A DNA stretch of 61,533 nt, the filler included. It is 9 parts of 9 records of this genome, joined end to end, with 100 filler letters (N's around TTAATTAATTAA, not from the genome) between each part and the next. Parts side by side here need not be neighbours in the genome. Positions count along the whole stretch, not along the records: positions 56,906 to 61,533 come from SRR7504441_1199; 8 more parts are not named here. One strand, given 5' to 3'. This document shows positions 56,978 to 61,533 of this stretch, piece after piece; within the stretch, counting starts at the first letter, position 1; each line of letters opens with the position of its first letter. Position numbers and translations under genes: made by a program. The notes beneath the pieces are model-generated. The model worked only from the letters and a program-made list of their open reading frames with translations, did no database searches and was not told where the DNA came from.

Positions 56978-59900
56978 ATGGCAAACAGAGGAGCCAAGTG
57001 GTGGCTCGCCATGGCCGTCCTCGCGGTGGTGGCGGCGCAGACGCCGGACGAAGCCGACTGTGGCAGCCTGCAGCAAGGTGGCTCGCCGCTGGCCGGCCGC
57101 GCCGCTGATCCGGGCTGGACAGAGGCCGACCAGGCCACCCAGGCGGCCTCCCTGGCCAGCCAGCGGGCGGCCGAGGCTCGCTCGCTGGCCAAGGCTCGGG
57201 GGCGCGAGATGCGTCGCGCTGCGGCCCGGGTCGATTCCCTGCAAGCCGGGGTGAAGGCCTTGTCGCGGGAGGGTGGCCGGCTCCGGCGGGATGCGGCTGC
57301 GGCGGACAACCGGGCCCGGGTGCTGCAGGGCGAGCTCCGGCAGGCCAAGCAGGAGGCCGGGGCCGCCCAGGTGAGCACCGACGCCAAGCACGAGCGAGAG
57401 GCGGTCGCCCGTCGGGCGGTGGAGTCCACAGCAGAGCTGGCGACAAACGCCAAGCGGCGAGTCGCTGGAGCGGTCAAGGAGGCCAAGGAGCTGGAGCGTC
57501 GGCTGAGGAAGAGCATGACTGAGGCCGCCACCGCCAAGGAGATGGAGAAGCTGCGCAAGGCCGAGGACGCCGAGAGCGGTTGGGCGCTCGGAGGTGGCCG
57601 GCTGAGCATGTGGGCAGGCGCCAAGGCTGAAGCCGAACAGATGGAGTCTGGGATGGCGGCGGCCGAGGCCAAGTTCGACCGGGAGCAGGAGCAGGAGGAG
57701 CAGGAGGCCAAGGCCCAGCGGGCGGCGGCGACTGAGGAGGCGATCAAGGGCCAGATGGCTGCCACCAAACAGGATCTTGAGGAGCAACAAGCGGTGGCTC
57801 TTATGAGAAAGAGCCTCTGATCCAAGGGCCGGGCAGGCGGTCCAGCGATCCAAGGGCCGGGCCATCCGGGAGGAGGCGGCCGAGCGGCTGGCGGTGCGGC
57901 AGATGACCGACCAGAAGGAGGCTGCCAAGCGGGCGGTGCGGCCCCGGGCGGGTTGATCAAGCCGGGTGCAGGCGTCGGAGGCGGTCAAGGCGGACGCCAT
58001 CAGCCAGACTTCCCCGCATACCATATCCGCCCGCGGGCACGCCGAGAGCGCAGAGCGGTTGGTCGAGTCGCTCGAAGATATGGTGCCTTGGAAGATACGG
58101 TTAGAGCGACTGAATCGGCTGCTGGCAGGTGAAGAAAGACAAGCTCCGTCTATCAGAGACCGAGGACCTGATGGAGGAGCGCCAGGCGGCGCTGCGAGAC
58201 CGGCAGAAGCGGCTGGACAGCGAGCGGACAGCACTCGAGGCGGCCACGGCTGCGCGGATCAGCACTGCGGAGGAGGTGGCGCTCAATCCGAAAAAGTCGG
58301 CTCCGGAGGAGGAGGCGGCGCCGGCAGTGGCGGTGACCAGTCCGGAGCAGCTGCGGCTGGACAAGGCGGAGGCTCTTGTGAAGCAAGACCAGCGCGAGGA
58401 AGCGCACCGCGAGCGCGAGCTCAAGCTGCTCAAGCAGAAGAGCGACCGCGCCAACGAGGCGCACCAGGCCGCCGAGGCCGCGCTCGAGGCCGCCAAGGAT
58501 GCCAGGGGCGACGCAGACGCGCGACAGAAGAGTGCGGACGAGCAAGTTTTGAGCGCCAAGCAGCGAGCGGATACAGCGCGGACTGAAGCGACTCAACTGG
58601 AAGCAAAGCACCAGCAGACGCTGCAACAGGCGGCAAACAAAGCAAAAGAGGCTGCGGTGGCCGCCCAGAAGCACGATCGAGCGGAAAGCGGTGCTCGGGA
58701 GGCGGCGGCAGCTGCATACCAAGCAGAGAGAGCAGCGATGGTCGCCAGTCACGTGGCGACCAATGCAGAGAGGGAGGCAGCCGAGGCTAAACTGAGGCTG
58801 GCCAAGCAGAAGAACGCCGAGGAGGAGGTGGCTGCCGCAGCCCGCCGGCAGCGAGATCGGCAAAGGAAAGCGGAGGCGCGCGCAGCGGCTGCTGTTCAGG
58901 CCTCTCAGGACGATGCGCGCAGAGCAAGCGAGCAAGTCTTGAGGCAGAAGGCGTTGTCAGCCAAGGCGGAGCGGGCGGCGGCCGACGCGCAGGAGCTGGA
59001 GGCTAATGCTGATCATGCGCGCAAGGCGATTGCGGACCAGCAGGCCGAGCAGGAGCGAGAGCGGGTTGAGGTTTGGACAGGGTGCAGCGAGCGACTGAGT
59101 GTGCTAATGCAGGCACAAGCGCAGAGCGAGCAGCAGTGGGAAGCGAACAAGGAGCGGGCACGGGCGGCTCAGACAGCGGCTGACAAGATCGAGGAGCAGG
59201 CAACTGTACAGGAAAACAAGCTTCAGAACACCCGCGCCCACCATCAAGCTGCAGTCTCTGCAGTGGAGGTGGCAACAAAGCAGGACCGCGATGCTAAAAA
59301 CAAGGCGGCTGAGGCCATGGCCGCAGTCAAACGGAAGGCCGAGGCAGATATCGAATCGCAGGCGATCAAGGTGGAGAAGTTGCAGAAAGATCTGAGTCCA
59401 ATCCAGGAAGAGGAGCAACAGGTGCGTATCAAGCGGGACTGTGGCTGACAGCGCTGGTGGCAGGCCATAGGCGGATTGAGCCAAGCGCAAGCTTCTATTG
59501 GCAGAGCCAGGACGAGAATCTCTGACGCGAGCGGAGAAGCCGAGAAGGACAAGGCTGAGGCTGCGCTTGTGACTGCGGAGGAGGCCGCGCGACAAGCAGA
59601 GATGGTGCTGCAGCAGGTGTGGCCCATGCCAAGCCCGATTGCTGAGGGGTGCATGGCCAGGCTTCTGGCAAGAAGGAATCTGCCCAGGGGCAGCTCAAGC
59701 AAGAACAGCAGCGGCTGACTCAAATCAAGAAGCTCGCAAAGCAAGAGGTGGACGGCGTGACAAGGGAGACGGAGCAAGCGGTACAAAATGGAGCCCTTGT
59801 GCTTGCACGAGCAATTGAACTCGAAAAGAAGACTCGAGCTGCGCTTGACAAGCAAGAAAGAGAGGCTGGTGTGCATAAGGAGCAAGCAGCCGCCGCACAA

Positions 59901-61047
59901 GACAGGGCTGATGGCCTGGCAAGCAAGGTACGCGAAGACCAAGAGCTAGCCAAGGTCCAACGGGACGCCGCAGCAAAGGCCAACGAGAAGCGATTGAATC
60001 AAGAGCAGGAGGCGGCTGTGCATAAGATGACGGCCTCTGTGGATCAGGTGAGCTACTTGGTGCTGTTTGGGCGCTAAGCCATCTGTGGTCCAGGCGGAGC
60101 TTGCCAGCGATAGTGCGCTGATGAATGCTGAATCACGACTGCAGCGTGCATCTGCAGAGTCGCAGAGGCTTGGAGCGCTCGTGTTGTCCAGCCAGGCGAG
60201 TGTGGTCGGTCTCAAGGATGAGCTGGCGGAGGCTGAGCGCAAGGTGACCTTCGATTCCGGGCCGGGCTGACAAGGAATCCAGGTGAAGGCTGCGACCACG
60301 GAAGCTGCAGACAGCAAGAAACAGTACGCTGCCCAGCAGATAAAGCTTGCTAAAACAACACAAGGGTTAGAGAAAAGGTTAGTCAAATTGTCCGAAAAGG
60401 AAGAGAACCTTGCCAAAGTGGCCGACTTGGCCAGGAAGACTGCCTCCCGCAGCAGGGCAGCTGGGTTGAAGGACGACCAGGCAGAGCAGGCGGAGCTCGC
60501 TTCGTACACTGCGGAACAGCGCTGGCGGAAGGCGGTCGATGTAATCAAGCAAGCTAAAGCTAGCGCGGGGGCTGCCAAGCAAGCGGAGGAAGACGCTCGC
60601 GAGCAGCACACCAGCGAGCAGCGCACGTTGCAGAGCTCATTGGAAGCGGCCACCAGCGAGCATCGCAAGTTGCAGAATGCGGTGACCAGCCATGATCGCT
60701 CTAGCTGAGGCTGCTGTGGATGCAGCTGGAGGCGGCCGAGAAGAAGCACCAAGAAGCAAAATTGGACGCGGCGCGGGCCCAGGGCGTGGCCAAACAAGCC
60801 GAGGAGGATCAGATGACCGCCGCAAGTGCGAAAGTGGACGCTCGAAAGCAAGCGGTGCGGCTTTGGTGTGCTGTGTTGGCCTTACCCTGCTGTCTTCCAG
60901 GCGCAGATGGCTGAGGAGCAAGCGCGGAATGCCCAAAGGCGACAGTTTGAAATGAACCGTCAAGTGCAAGCCGTTGCCGACCTCGCTGCAAACGCAGATG
61001 GATTGGAGGCTCTGTCGAGGCCAATTACGAGTAACTATGATAATTAA
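56978..61047 (+). CDS. Signal-peptide-bearing Ala/Glu/Lys/Gln-rich long coiled-coil protein (about 1185 aa, 12 introns)
   Basis: Introns: 57078-57122, 57579-57617, 57794-57836, 57936-57971, 58083-58128, 59071-59112, 59422-59463, 59617-59660, 60048-60093, 60244-60282, 60682-60725, 60855-60900. The spliced 3558 nt is one open frame. Confidence 0.75.
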
Positions 61048-61533
61048 TAGTACCGCAACAGTACGAGCTATTGACCAGTGAAAATTAAAGCATTCACGCA
61101 TTCAGAAGGAGCACACTTTTATGAGTATTGGATTACTAATCAAGACCACCCCGACTAAAATCACTTTTAACCCCGCTCCGAGCACTTGGTCCCCGGCATA
61201 TTAACTGCACGTTCACAAAAATCATGGGCCCAAGTGAGTGCATCTGCGGGGCCGCAGCACAAGGTAAGCAAGAGCACACACGATACTAAGCGATGTGCGT
61301 GTGAGAGCTGCGCGAGCATGTAGTTGTAGCTACAGCGAGCGAGCGCGGATTTTGAATACCAACGGATCAGCCTGCGATGGGGCACTGTCAGCCACAAACG
61401 CATTAACACTAGTACCTCGTTCCAGCCGACATCGAGGGCTGAGAGCCGCACATCTGTAACGAGCACAAAAAATCCGTTGAGATCAATTGCTTACTGTCCA
61501 ATGGCGCAAATGTCTAATGGTGACAAGCCTAAC

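Noticed and set aside
61167-61466. 99-aa minus-strand ORF with a hydrophobic stretch
   Set aside because: It has a non-ATG start, low GC and no motif, and lies at the window edge.
1-61533. tRNA, rRNA, snRNA genes or transposases
   Set aside because: None were recognised by eye. tRNAscan-SE, Infernal and a repeat search would be needed to exclude them.

Overview
Compact nuclear DNA from a eukaryotic microbe, most likely a flagellated protist: it has spliceosomal introns, a ciliary RPGRIP1L-type gene and a UBR E3 ligase, and no plastid or prokaryotic signature in this window. The window is nine short contigs joined by eight artificial 100-bp linkers (N44-TTAATTAATTAA-N44), so adjacency across linkers means nothing. 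I read about 27 protein genes with GC-rich exons and short AT-rich spacers; divergent pairs often have only 67-130 bp between start codons. About 70 hand-parsed introns are mostly 36-46 nt with very weak donors, and at least six are GC-AG, so the supplied ORF track splits or mistranslates many genes. Notable proteins are a DEAD-box/PPR/TrmB fusion, a tandem Hv1-like voltage-sensor protein, a START/PatB fusion, a TPR/AKR/2-hydroxyacid dehydrogenase fusion, an LPMO-like protein with Trp at the presumed axial site, and probable pseudoenzyme versions of Hsp90 and KDPG aldolase. A TAC-N(0-3)-GTA motif, mainly TACGAGTA/TACTCGTA, recurs near gene 3' ends. All family calls come from recognising motifs by eye, with no database search.
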